A DNA stretch of 64,000 nt from NCBI GenBank assembly GCA_002269645.1, contig NIVC01003436.1, positions 33,826-97,825 of the forward strand, read 5' to 3'. Positions 1 through 12,475 of this stretch are shown here, one piece after another. A program made the position numbers and the translations under genes. The DNA comes from Macrostomum lignano (taxonomy: Eukaryota). Position 1 is the stretch's first letter, and each line of letters begins with the position of its first letter. The notes under the pieces are model-generated. The model did no database searches. It had not been told where the DNA came from and saw only the letters and a list, made by a program, of their open reading frames with translations.

Positions 1-1110
1 ATTACAGAGTTCGACGGCTGTCTCAATCAGAAACGATACGGGTGCATTTTTGCTATTTCTGACAAGTAAATTGCCTCACCTCAATTCCCTCTATTTGCTG
101 ATACCTAAAACTATACCCAAAACTGACTGAATTCAAGGTCACTGTCCATGCAGTCATCGTGTAGTTTAGCTACTGCCTACATGCGGCTTATGTGAGTAGC
201 AATGTCCTGTCTCAGTGCTCCCTTAGAGTCTTTAAATCAGGGCTCATTGCTCAATAGGTGTTGCTAAGATGCCAAGGCTCAAGGGCGACTCCCATTGTTG
301 CCTTTAGTTCATGGTCCCTACAAAGCGAGTTCGAGTGCCGAATCAACTGACTACGATGACTCACTAATTGAGTCTGAAACCCGATTCCTGATAAATACCC
401 GAACTGTTGGTTCTGGCACGCTAGAAGGGTATTTTTAAATCAACAGGAACGGGAGGAACCGAGGGTTCGAGTTCGCCTAGTGGCTCTCATCTTGTTATCC
501 GGAAATCCCACGCGGCTCGCTGATCTCGCGTGACCCGCGCTGCCCGGGAGAGCAATCGAGTTTCCGTTGGTTTCTTCGCCACTTCCATAAAAGGACTTAC
601 TCAAAAAATCTTTGTCCGCAGACTGAGGGCGCTCAATTAATTCGATCATTTCTTAGAATTGCGTTTTCTCCAACGCAATTTCCGGGTTTATTTTCTACGA
701 AATTTTCGTCACCAGTCGTCGGAGCAGACAAAAAACTTTGTTGCCGACACAAGTTCAAGAAACTCTCGTGGGAACTGCAATTCAATTATGCAGGCTCCCG
801 CCCTGAGAATCTCAGCTTCATCTTATTTATAAAATGCTCGAGAGAAAGCGTTGCAACTCAGCTTGAGCCCTTAAATCCAGATTCAGCCACACTTTTGTGC
901 TAAGCTTGTCTTAAAGACAAAAGTTTGTCAACAGCTTTCCAGGCAGGTTAGTGAATGAGAAAAAGGACGTCCTGTTTTTTAAACTAAATCGGATGTTTTG
1001 GAGTCGTGTTCATGACTGCAAATTGACTCGTACTTTTCCTCTGCCTGGAAACTAAGCACCCGCGAAGTGAACAGAGATTTTTTCGGCATTCTTTGCCAAT
1101 ACAGTGGAAC

Positions 1111-1880
1111 ACTCCTTCAGAACCATAGGCTACTCCTTCAGAACCATAGGCTACTCATTCAGAACCATAGGCTACTCCTTCAGAACCATAGGCTACTCCT
1201 TCAGAACCATAGGCTACTCCTTCAGAACCATAGGCTACTCCTTCAGAACCATAGGCTACTCCTTCAGAACCATAGGCTACTCCTTCAGAACCATAGGCTA
1301 CTCCTTCAGAACCATAGGCTACTCATTCAGAACCATAGGCTACTCCTTCAGAACCATAGGCTACTCATTCAGAACCATAGGCTACTCATTCAGAACCATA
1401 GGCTACTCCTTCAGAACCATAGGCTACTCCTTCAGAACCATAGGCTACTCATTCAGAACCATAGGCTACTCCTTCAGAACCATAGGCTACTCCTTCAGAA
1501 CCATAGGCTACTCCTTCAGAACCATAGGCTACTCCTTCAGAACCATAGGCTACTCCTTCAGAACCATAGGCTACTCCTTCAGAACCATAGGCTACTCCTT
1601 CAGAACCATAGGCTACTCCTTCAGAACCATAGGCTACTCATTCAACACCATAGGCTACTCATTCAGTACTATAGGCTACTCATTCAGTACCATAGGCTAC
1701 TCATTCAACACCATAGGCAACTCATTCAGTAACATAGGCTACTCATTCAACACCATAGACTACTCATTCAGTAACATAGGCTACTCATTCAACACCTTGG
1801 GCTACTCCATAAGTACCATAGCCTACTCCATCCAGCACCTATATGCTGCTCCATTAGTACATTAGGCTACTCCTTCAGTT
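1111..1880. repeat. 21-bp minisatellite, block 1 (CTACTCCTTCAGAACCATAGG)
   Basis: Near-perfect 21-bp tandem units that degenerate toward 1880. They produce the repetitive ORFs 1067..1732 and 1104..1865. Confidence 0.97.
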
Positions 1881-2169
1881 ACCCGTATACGAGTGCCTAT
1901 CAGGTTGTGCTATTCTCTCTGGTTCTGACGTATTGTTTTAATTTACTAAACTCTGTTTGGTTTGTCCTTAATCGGTTCTAAATCCGCCCCAGTTGCCAAC
2001 CCGATTCGCTCGCTGCGACGCAAACTGGGAGGCTCCGTCTGGCACAGAGCGACCCCTAGGCTGCAGACAAATATTGACTGGGACGGCCTTAATATCCGCC
2101 ATCCGGGAGGCTGGAACTAAAAATGAGGACTTGACGCCGCCCACGCAATTCCGATTGAGTTTTTTTGAG

Positions 2170-2632
2170 GGCTACTCCATAAGTACCTTAGGCTACTCCT
2201 TCAGTTACCATAGGCTAAGTTACCTTAGGCTACTCCTTCAGCACCTTGGGCTACTCCTTCAGCACCTTGTGCTACTCCTTCAGCACCTTAGGCTACTCAT
2301 TCAGTACCAAAGGCTACTCATTCAGTACCAAAGGCTACTCATTCAGTAAAATAGGCTAATCATTCAGTACCATAGGCTACTCATTCAACACCATAGGCTA
2401 CTCATTCAGTACCAAAGGCTACTCCTTCAGTACTATAGGCTACTCCTTCAGCACCTTAGGCTACTCCTTCAGTACCTTGGGCTACTCCTTCAGTACTATA
2501 GGCTACTCCTTCAGTACCTTGGGCTACTCCTTCAGTACTATAGGCTACTCCTTCAGCACCATAGGCTACTCCTTCAGCACCTTAGGCTACTCCTTCAGTA
2601 CCTTGGGCTACTCCTTCAGCACCTTGGGCTAC
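2170..2632. repeat. 21-bp minisatellite, block 2 (same family)
   Basis: GGCTACTCCTTCAGYACYWTR units. Separated from block 1 by about 290 bp of unique sequence. Confidence 0.95.
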
Positions 2633-2665
2633 TTAAGGAGTAGCTAAGGAGTAGCTACTTAAGGA

Positions 2666-3505
2666 GTCGACGCCAACCGGAGAGACGGCTCAGCGTGCTT
2701 AGCTACGCCGATGACCTCGCCCTGCTGTCCTCAACCGTCGAGGGTGCCCAACGACAGCTGGATAGGCTGGTTGCCGTTGCGGCGAGCGTCGACCTGGTGG
2801 TCAACACGCAGAAGACCGTCGTGCTATGCGTGCCGGACGACACCGAGGCTGCAATCTTCTGCCGAGGCGCTGACGGACAGGCGAGTGAGCTTCCAAGATG
2901 TCAGCAGTTCGTCTACCTCGGCGGTCTGGTTCCCCACGTCCGCGAGGATCTGCGGCGTCGCCGAGGACTTGCTTGGGCTGCCTTTCGTTCTATAAGGTCA
3001 GTCCTGCAGTCCGAGGCCCTACCGGACCGCCAGAGGGCGGCGCTGTTCCAGGCGGTGATCGAGACCGTCCTGTTATACAACGCCGAGACCTGGACGCTGA
3101 CAGACTCGCTCGAGGCTCAAGTCGACGCGGCGCACGCTGGCCTGCTGCGCGCCGCCTTCAAGATCGGCAACGAGCGAGTCACCAACACGGCGCTTTATCA
3201 TCGCGCCGGCCTGGCCCGTCCTAGCGATCTGCTGCGCCGTCGGCGACTCCAGCTGGCAGGCCACGTCATCCGCGCCGAGGCCTACTGTCCGGAGCCGGTG
3301 CAGGAGGTGCTGCTACTTACGTTGCAGGCACCCTACCGGCGGGGACAGGCGAGGACTCGGCGCTACGTTAACTGTCTGCTGGCTGACGCCGGCGCCCCGG
3401 ACTCAGCCGGCGGTGCGGCCTTTGTTCGCGCCCAAGCTTCGAAGCGCGCTATCTGACGCTGCTTTTGCGAACTGACAGCGTACTCTGTTGCTGTTGTTGT
3501 TGTTG
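2666..3505 (+). mobile_element. 5'-truncated RTE-like non-LTR retrotransposon (RT C-terminal part, 3' UTR, (GTT)n tail) inserted in the minisatellite
   Basis: Frame reads RRQPERRLSVLSYADDLALL...FVYLGG...VLLYNAETWTLT...RRRRLQLAGHVIR; stop at 3456; GTTGCTGTTGTTGTTGTTG tail at about 3487-3505; the 21-bp repeat resumes immediately after. The C-terminal motifs are typical of the RTE clade. Confidence 0.9.
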
Positions 3506-4232
3506 GGCTACTCTATCAGCACCTTGGGCTACTCCTTCAGCACCTTAGGCTACTCCTTCAGTACCTTGGGCTACTCCTTCAGTACTATAGGCTACTCCTT
3601 CAGTACTATAGGCTACTCCTTCAGCACCTTGGGCTACTCCTTCAGTACTATTGGCTACTCCTTCAGTACCTTGGGCTACTCCTTCAGTACTATAGGCTAC
3701 TCCTTCAGCACCTTGGGCTACTCCTTCAGTACTATAGGCTACTCCTTCAGCACCTTGGGCTACTCCTTCAGTACTATAGGCTACTCCTTCAGTACTATAG
3801 GCTACTCCTTCAGCACCTTGGGCTACTCCTTCAGCACCTTGGGCTACTTCTTCAGCACCTTGGGCTACTCCTTCAGCACCTTGGGCTACTCCTTCAGCAC
3901 CTTGGGCTACTCCTTCAGTACTATAGGCTACTCCTTCAGTACCTTGGGCTACTCCTTCAGTACTATAGGCTACTCCTTCAGTACTATAGGCTACTCCTTC
4001 AGCACCTTGGGCTACTCCTTCAGCACCTTGGGCTACTCCTTCAGCACCTTGGGCTACTCCTTCAGTACTATAGGCTACTCCTTCAGTACTATAGGCTACT
4101 CCTTCAGCACCTTGGGCTACTCCTGCAGCACCTTGGGCTACTCCTTCAGCACCTTGGGCTACTCCTTCAGCACCTTGGGCTACTCCTTCAGCACCTTGGG
4201 CTACTCTGTCAGCACCTTAGGCTACTTCTTTT
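3506..4232. repeat. 21-bp minisatellite, block 3
   Basis: Two interleaved unit variants (..CAGCACCTTGG / ..CAGTACTATAG). Confidence 0.97.
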
Positions 4233-4904
4233 AGCTCCCCTACGGTACCAAATGCCCAATTTTAATGCCTTTCCTTGTTTTGCTGATGCATTTTACCCAG
4301 TAATTTACAATTATCCAGCAGTTATCCAGCCGGGGGCCACAGACTCGTGAATAACCGAAGTCGTAAATCTTAGCAGACTGTTTAAGTCAGAGCGGCATTT
4401 TTATGAAGGCCTCTGATAACCTCAGTTCAATGGCTCTATATTGAGCAAGCCATGAATGACTTAGAAAGAGTGCATAAAAATGGAGAATACCGGAGCATGA
4501 GGCTACAGAATATTTTACATTCTTAGAAATTTTTACGCAATAATACTATTATTAATAACGCAGAAGATCTCTGATCTGCCTGGCGAAACGTCACCCAACC
4601 AGCGCTGAGGCAATTCGAACTGTCGGGCATGTGCACTCTCTCTGTGCATTGCGAGTTGGCCTTCGTGGCTGCAAATCGCACGAAAATCCCCAAGCAGGCC
4701 AAATTTTGCGCACACGAGTCCCATTGTACATAAATACGAATAATTAATAGCGCAAAAAGTGGATTCATCCAAAATTTATATTTTAGACCTTCCTAAGCTG
4801 TTCTCCCAGCAGCCGAATCAAGTATGAAATATGGAGAGCTTTGCCACTCAGCATGTTAGTGAAACATTTAGATTGCATTTGGCTCCGGCGAGAGTTTTTA
4901 GAGG

Positions 4905-5215
4905 GGAAGAGGCGCCAGTTGCCGATCAGAGATGGGGAAGCCGCGGGAAGGCGGAGAGGCGCCATTTGCCGATCAGAGATGGGGAAAGCCGCAGGAAGGC
5001 GGAGAGGCGCCAGTTGCCGATCAGAGACGGGGGAAGCCGCGGGAAGGCGGAGAGGCGCCAGTTGCCGATCAGAGACGGGGAAGCCGCGGGAAGGCGGAGA
5101 GGCGCCGTTTGCCGATCAGACGGGGGAAGTCGCGGAATGGCGGAGAGGCGCCGTTTGCCGATCAGACGGGGAAGCCGCGGGAAGGCGGAGAGGCGCCAGT
5201 TGCCGATCAGAGACG
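4905..5215. repeat. ~47-bp minisatellite
   Basis: GGAGAGGCGCCAGTTGCCGATCAGAGACGGGGAAGCCGCGGGAAGGC, about 6.5 copies. Confidence 0.92.
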
Positions 5216-6165
5216 CATCGATGAACATCGATGATCGACGGGACTGCGGCTTCCACTAATGCAGACAGGTTTCATTAACCTTTAGGCCTAAGGGCAATTC
5301 TATGCATTCCCAAGAAAAGGAAGCAGACAGAGGAGAGAGGTAGAGAGATAGCATATCAGCTTTGGTCAGCTAAGTAGCTAAATACTTGGACTGTAAACAT
5401 GCCAGCGAGTGAAGGTAAAAAAAACAGGTCAACAGCCGCTAAGCGATCAGATGAGAAGGGATGAGAAGGGCTCTCTAGTGCCGTTGCAGTGGGGCGGAAA
5501 CGGCACTCAGACCTGCTAATTTTAGCTGCTCGACTCATATCGGATGAGTTGGAGGCAGAGCAGCCCCGATAGAGCAGCGCATGCTGGGTTGCAGGAGCAT
5601 TGAATACGAAAGCAGCGTCCAAAATAGCAGCAGTCCCTGGATCGATAAGGCAAAGCAGGCGCGACTTTCAGCTTGGCGATGATAGACTGAGGCCTCCAGC
5701 CCCTCTACCCGCGAGCATTTTAACAAAGCAAACCCGGAAAATCGAAGTGCCGAGAGCAATTAATTTAATGAAAGTCTGCGATGCATGCAGATTGCAGACT
5801 GAAGTGCAGCGGGCCATCCGGAGTGCTCAATTCAAAGCCGGCTTAGACGTTTTGTGTTTTCTTCTATGCTGGATTTGTCATAATACGCAGCGCTTTTCCG
5901 GATTTTGTGAAAAATTCAGATAGCCCCGTGGACTCGTTAAAGCAATTAAAGTAATTGAGTTTTACTGTCCTGCGACTGGCTCGGTGTGAAAATTCCAGAC
6001 TGCTTGTCTGCACAATGGTCGGTGTAACTGGCGACCAATTAACGTAATCTGTTGGCACTACGCTCGTGGCAACGTCTTCAAATTTTGTAACACATTCTGC
6101 TATTGGCCAGCTGACTTGTTTTGCTAGCTGTTTCTTGGAACAGATTTCTAATTTATATCAGAGCC

Positions 6166-6500
6166 GGGGGCACCAGGGAGTCGGATGGTGGGAGCTGGGG
6201 CACCAGGGAGTCGGATGGTGGGAGCTGGGGCACCAGGGAGTCGGATGGTGGGAGCTGGGGTACCAGGGGTTCCGATGATGGGAGCTGGGGCACCAGGGAG
6301 TCGGATGGTGGGAGCTGGGGTACCAGGGGTTCCGATGATGGGAGCTGGGGCACCAGGGAGTCGGATGGTGGGAGCTGGGGTACCAGGGGTTCCGATGATG
6401 GGAGCTGGGGCACCAGGGAGTCGGATGGTGGGAGCTGGGGTACCAGGGGTTCCGATGATGGGAGCTGGGGCACCAGGGAGTCGGATGGCGGGAGCTGGGG
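6166..6500. repeat. 30-bp minisatellite with alternating variants (60-bp higher-order unit)
   Basis: GGGAGCTGGGGCACCAGGGAGTCGGATGGT alternating with GGGAGCTGGGGTACCAGGGGTTCCGATGAT. Confidence 0.95.
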
Positions 6501-7224
6501 ACGACATACCGGAAGCAAACAACATGTATGATATCAGCTATATAGAAATTTTAAAGTGGCAATCGGAAGCAGACCAGATGTAACAAAATCAAGCATTTTT
6601 TATTCTCAAATTCATCTTTCATTACAAGGTTCAGTGTTTTATTTTTATCAAATTTCAGGTCCGGCAAAAGTCATTAACGATGTCCGGGCCGTTTGCCAGA
6701 ATCTGGCATAGTCAGGACAGATGTCCTTGTCGGCAAACGCTTAGTTAAAGAGCTGATCAAAATATAGCAACCTTTGACAATATTTGCAAAGCTAAAAATG
6801 ATGCTTTGGACATCGGATATGGCCGGACCATTAGCTCAGCGATTCTTTCCACGCATTTTTTTCAGCTCCTAAACTGAGAATTCTTGTCTGCTTTAGTGCT
6901 AGGCGTCTCTGTACTCTAATTAATTAGTCATTACTTGTTCACAGACTCCGCCTCAGAGGCAGAGCGGAATAAGAGTTACATTCCTTCATTCTCTCGGACT
7001 CATCGTCTGGTAATTCAATCTTGAGTCTAAAACGCTGCAACACAGTACTCAGCCATGCAGTCAGTCTGAGGGCCTTCAGGGGATTTGCACTTGCCGCAGA
7101 CCACAGGACAAGGCAGAAGAAAACCGATGTCTTGTCGATATCCATCAGACTTCAAGCAAAGTCGCTTAACTCCCTGCTCAGACACAAAGACAGTCAATTA
7201 AGTGTCTCGGGTGGTGCATCTGAG

Positions 7225-7565
7225 GGAAGTCACTGCGGGACTCACTGATGCATCGGAAGGAAAGAGCAGCGGGACTCACTGATGTATCGGAAGGAAAGAA
7301 CGGCGGGACTCTCTGATGCATCGGAAGGAAAGAACGGCGGGACTCTCTGATGCATCGGAAGGAAAGAACGGCGGGACTCTCTGATGCATCGGAAGGAAAG
7401 AACGGCGGGACTCTCTGATGCATCGGAAGGAAAGAACGGCGGGACTCTCTGATGCATCGGAAGGAAAGAACGGCGGGACTCTCTGATGCATCGGAAGGAA
7501 AGAACGGCGGGACTCTCTGATGCATCGGAAGGAAAGAACGGCGGGACTCTCTGATGCATCAGAGG
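7225..7565. repeat. 34-bp minisatellite
   Basis: GGGACTCTCTGATGCATCGGAAGGAAAGAACGGC, about 10 copies. Confidence 0.95.
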
Positions 7566-8117
7566 GAAGCCACGGCTTGTAAACATGTACCTGAAATATG
7601 CGGTCAGTTATTTTTATTCTTGTACGTGATTATTGCAAACAGAGAGCTTGAAGTCTCAACCAATTTAATCTCGGCAAACTCTTTCAGAGATCCAGAAGCA
7701 GATAAAAGCAACCCGCTTTGATCTCCTACCGATTGACGGATCAACGAATGGTAGCAGCCAAACGGTCGTGTCTCGTCCGTCATCACCGGGCATCGAGCTT
7801 GCAGTAAATTGTGCGTGCCCAGACGGGCGAATTACAAATTGAAATTCTAATCCTGGCTGGCTTTCTGGAGCCCCCCCCCCGGTCCCAAGGACGGCCGTAT
7901 GCAGTCGTCTCTCAGGCTGGCTGGCTTGGCTGATCAAGCGAACCACTTCTGATTGGCCAGGGCGCGTGATCCAATGACGCTCTTGCCTAGCGAAATCCAG
8001 AGAGGACAAAATTGGCAAAGGGCTTTCCTGAGCGGAGCAAACGTCAGACTAAAATCAGCGGTGACTAAGTGACCAACTGCCAAGAGTTACACTGAGAGAA
8101 TCATTTACCTGGATAGC

Positions 8118-9434
8118 ATGAATGATACAGTCGACTTGACTGAGGATGAGCAGCTCTATTGGTCATTGCTGCTGCCCTCCTACATCCTGAGCCTGTGCGT
8201 CTCGCTGGCGGCGCTGCTGTCCCTGGTCTTCACTCTGTGGATCTTCGCCAGAAAGAGGGACGCCACAGCCGGAGCTCGGGGCATGGTGCTGCTGATTGTT
8301 ACTGGGCTGCTCACGTCCGCAGCGCTCACCGTGCTGCATGTGAGCAGCATCTTCGGTCTCACAGGTGCTGGCGGGTCCAGCAGATCAGCTGGGAATTCTA
8401 CATCTTCACTGGAGATTTTCGCTGACGCGCAGTACCTTGTGACCAACGCCAGCCTCCTGCTGCGCAACTGGTGGGTCACATTTCTCACCGGGATCCGTTT
8501 CATCGTAATCCTCTTCCCGCTGCACGTCCCGGAAATTCTTACGCGTCGCCGGCAGTCGGTGGCCTTCGGCCTCATCCTCTGCCTGTCCGTGGCCATCAGC
8601 GTTCTGAGACACGTCGAAGAGAAATCCTGCAACGTCCCTGTTGGCATACTTGACGCCAATGTGACTGCTCAGCAGGAGCAGCAAGCCTCCTTGCTGTGCG
8701 AGCGCTTCATTCTGTTCTTCTTCGTGATGCAAACCGGAATCCCCGTGCCCGCTGTGCTGGTACTCTCCGTGGCTCTGGCCATGCACCTCTGCGCCGCTCG
8801 GGAGCCTTCGGACGCCTCAACCGCGTCTGGCGGTTACGTCAGGAGATCAGACTCCACCGTCTCATCGAACGCGCTCTCGACCACCTCAGCCGTGACGGTT
8901 GGGGCCGCGTGGCGCCAGCAGAACCAGTTGGCCACGTCTTCAATCGCGAAGAACCGAGGGCGCTGCAGGAAGCGCAAGGCGACCAGAATTCTGCTGGTCC
9001 TGGCGGCCACCTTCACCGTACTGGAGCTGCCTACCTTTGTCTACTTCATCCTGCTGCACTTCTTTCCAAGCTTCCGCAGCGACAGCCACGTCAAGAATCA
9101 GCTTATCTTCTCCGTTTTGAACGCGCTGATAACGCTGGACACACTGGCAAACTTTTTTGTCTTCTTCGTATTCTCGGATTCGTTCAAGCGCGAAGTTCAG
9201 AACTGCTTCCGGCGCCGGCTGCCTCTGCCGGAGTTTTGCCGTCGCGCAGAGAAGCGGCAGCGGCTGGGTAACCTGCGCGACGGCGGCAGCGACGTCAGAG
9301 GCAGATGCGGCGACGCGCTGGTCAGCAGCGTCAGCAACGGGGCGGCCGACCTGGACCTGGCCGTAGTGGCGGGCGGCAGTGCGGCGCGGACTCCGCTGAC
9401 CACTCCGACCGCGATGCCGGAGCTGTACGACTGA
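8118..9434 (+). CDS. Intronless class A (rhodopsin-like) 7TM GPCR, orphan peptide-receptor-like
   Basis: 438-aa ORF with seven hydrophobic segments. TM3 end FLTGIRFIVILFP (DRY variant), TM6 RKATRILLVLAATFTVLELP, TM7 LDTLANFFVFFVFSDSFK. N-terminal N-glycosylation sequon NDT. Confidence 0.92.
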   Translation: MNDTVDLTEDEQLYWSLLLPSYILSLCVSLAALLSLVFTLWIFARKRDATAGARGMVLLIVTGLLTSAALTVLHVSSIFGLTGAGGSSRSAGNSTSSLEIFADAQYLVTNASLLLRNWWVTFLTGIRFIVILFPLHVPEILTRRRQSVAFGLILCLSVAISVLRHVEEKSCNVPVGILDANVTAQQEQQASLLCERFILFFFVMQTGIPVPAVLVLSVALAMHLCAAREPSDASTASGGYVRRSDSTVSSNALSTTSAVTVGAAWRQQNQLATSSIAKNRGRCRKRKATRILLVLAATFTVLELPTFVYFILLHFFPSFRSDSHVKNQLIFSVLNALITLDTLANFFVFFVFSDSFKREVQNCFRRRLPLPEFCRRAEKRQRLGNLRDGGSDVRGRCGDALVSSVSNGAADLDLAVVAGGSAARTPLTTPTAMPELYD

Positions 9435-11104
9435 GCGGCTCGGGCCATCTGACAGCTGGTTGGCGCTCATTCACTCACCCACAGTGACTGGCCGAGTGAA
9501 GCATTGACTGGGCTGCCTGAAATCGACTGGCTGGCTAACTGAATTCCTGTCGCGTTGCAACTAATAATTACAATTGTAGATCGTTCTGCTGTATTAACTC
9601 TGTTGTGAAAGTTGGCATACCGACAATTGGGGCGTCGAGCTTTGGGGATTCGGGGATTCGGTCGAAGCTAGTACGCACTCGACCCCCACAGTCTCAGCAC
9701 TGGTCTCAAAATAACAGCGTTAGTTTCAAGCGCTGGCTAGCACACCTGGCCACCTCTCAGATGGTCCGGTGTATTTATATTTTCTGAGTAGCAATACTCG
9801 TATCAAGTCTACAGTAAATTGGTTTGTGATGACTTCTATCTATAATTTTTTGAATATTAATTAAACCCACTTTTTTAAAATCGAATTTGCGACAACCGAG
9901 CATACTTGTACCATATTTTACGTACACACATTTGTGCCGCGCGACAAAAAGAAATTCCTGTAATTTCACACCAATTAAGTCAGTAGTAGATTGTAGATCT
10001 CGTTATCATTTTTTTGCAAACATGTCGGTCACTGCATCCCCGTGTTCGTTTTTCTGAGATTAGCCGATTATAATGTTTCAACTTGCAGCCCTGTAACTCT
10101 GCAATGCCCCCCACACACACACTCAACACATAATATACTGGCGCATGGAAAATATATATTCAGCAGTGAAAACCTAATAATTTTGTTTGCTTGTTTTCAG
10201 GGGGCTTTGGCCACTGTTGCAAATCAAGGTGACGGGCGCCCTGCGGTCAGCAAGGAGGCTAGCAGTCATGCTATTCCGCCGGCCCCTGAGCAGGTACTCG
10301 CTCATGGAGCGTAGACAGGCACACTCTCACTCGGGATGCACAGAGGCCCTGATTTTCAAATCCCGACAAGCCTGACAAGTGCCAGGGCAATGTTCGCTCG
10401 CGAGCTCCTCCGAGCATGGAATCGAACCCAGATACTGTGTCGTGAGAGTCGGAAAGCATATTGACTTTTGCTCAACTGCAGAGTGGGAATCGCCCATTCT
10501 GTGGGTCCCAGAGCCAGTCTTAAGGAGGTCCGCAGTTCCCTCTTGTGTAATGTGTAATCTCTGCTTGTTGAGAAGGGGGCCATCTAGTCTCGTAGAGGAA
10601 CCTAACGAGTCGCGGGTTGTCCTGCAGACGATCCTTGTCGAATTCCGGGCAACCAAGGCACGAGCTTAATTAGGTTTTCTCGGAAAAGTACTTTTTGTGC
10701 GATCAGAGAAATTATTAATCAGAGAAGCAAATTTTGCGCTCAGGACACTCACTTCAAAGTGGGGGCAGTTATATTTCCAAGAAACCTGTTCTCCACCTAA
10801 CGCGCGCGTGCCTCTAAGATCGCCAGAAAAAAGGTGAGAAATCTCTACCCCAGAAGAAAGTCACGTCAGCTACTTTCACTTGAACATAATCTTGGCGGAT
10901 TCGCTAATCTCCAATTATAACTGGCCGGTTCTCGGCAGTAAAGTCTCCCAGATTAACTGGCAAGCCGCTTTGTCCCCACTCGATCCATAACCGAAATGAT
11001 CTGGGAAAACGTGTAACAAAAGCCAGTCAAGTCAGCCAGTCAGAGTCCGCAATCGCAGAACCTCTTTTAAAGTGCATGCTGAGATTTAGTTAACCGTTAA
11101 CTTC

Positions 11105-11385
11105 AGGACCCAATGGACAGGACCCTTACCGAATGGACAGGACCCTTGCCGAATGAACAGGACCCTTGCCGAATGGACAGGCCCTTGCCGAATGGACAGG
11201 ACCCTTGCCAAATGGACAGGACCCTTACCAAATGGACAGGACCCTTGCCGAATGGACAGGACCCTTGCCGAATGGACAGGACCCTTGCCGAATGGACAGG
11301 ACCCTTGCCGAATGGACAGGACCCTTACCAAATGGACAGGACCCTTGCCGAATGGACAGGACACTCACCGAATGGACACGACCAT
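11105..11385. repeat. 20-bp minisatellite (AATGGACAGGACCCTTGCCG)
   Basis: About 13 tandem copies. Confidence 0.95.
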
Positions 11386-12289
11386 CACACCATGAACAGG
11401 ACCACCATTCAATCTGTATAACTAAATATAAGCTGTGAATCGAAGTTACCGATACAGTAACCTGATCTTGGGGTTTTGAGTATTCTTTACTCATAAAGCA
11501 AGTTAATTGCCCAATCAAAATCAATTTTTTCTTACTTTGAAGCTACAGCGAGCCTTCAACAACAGACATCGACAAAATTGATGCCCTGTGGGTTGGCTAA
11601 GAAGATGATGCGGTACTTGGACATGTCCAGAATCCGATACTTGGTTGTTTTGGAAATTTGAGCCTTGTTTTCTCGCGGTACAAGACCGAGAGGACGAGGG
11701 CGAGAGAGAAGCGAGAAATGAGAAAATATGAAACTGTAGCGGCGCAGACTCGCTACTCAGGGACCTGAGAGCCGTCCGTGATTCAAGCAAGCCATTGCTC
11801 AGCAAAAAATCTAGAACATTGCAACACTGCAGCAGCTGAGTAGCTTCACTCCCCCACGGCACCACCTCCTATCTGCGCCACTGCTCAGATATTCAGGATA
11901 GACGCAGGTCAAAGCCAAAGTTTTTATTGCCTGCAGGCAGGGGGGGGGGGTGGCCAGCAGAAACTTGAAACAGGCTGTCGGCGAGGCAGCTGGGACTGCA
12001 TCAATTATGCAGGGGCACGCGAGGCCTCAAACTGCGGCCGTCGCGCATCCGCCACAACACGTAAGCACAAGCAGATATGGATACCTGTTATTGCCATGAT
12101 AATATCCGGGACTGATTAGGCTTGGTATTGATGCTTAAACGGTAATTTAACCATTTAGCTATATGACACAGGGCTGCTTCATTCTAGAAAAAAGTACACT
12201 GCAAATTGCCATCAACGAGCTGCATGTAGACACGCTAGTTGAATTTTAGTTGTTTGTGTTCTTTTTCTCGTTGAGTGCCATTGACGCCA

Positions 12290-12475
12290 GAGACGTCACA
12301 ATGATGACGCCAGCCACCGAAGTGGCGCCAGCTACCAAAATGACGCCAGCTACCAAAGTAACACCAGCTACCTAAGTGACGCCAGCTACCGAAGTGACGC
12401 CATGCAGCTACCGAAGTGACGCCATGCAGCTACCGAAGTGACGCCATGAAGCTACCGAAGTGACGCCATGCACTT
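12290..12475. repeat. 18-22-bp degenerate minisatellite (GACGCCA(TGC)AGCTACCGAAGT)
   Basis: About 9 copies with a length gradient. Confidence 0.85.

Noticed and set aside
440-649. Minus-strand ORF with a gtaagt donor at 600, possibly a first exon
   Set aside because: Only 16 codons before the donor, no recognisable homology, and no convincing downstream exon in the window.
1950-2121. Protein-like frame PVANPIRSLRRKLGG...HPGGWN* between repeat blocks
   Set aside because: No start codon or splice acceptor and no recognisable homology.
6121-6583. Collagen-like or elastin-like GAGAPG/GSWGT repeat ORFs
   Set aside because: The 30-bp minisatellite is open in several frames and no single frame stands out as the coding one.
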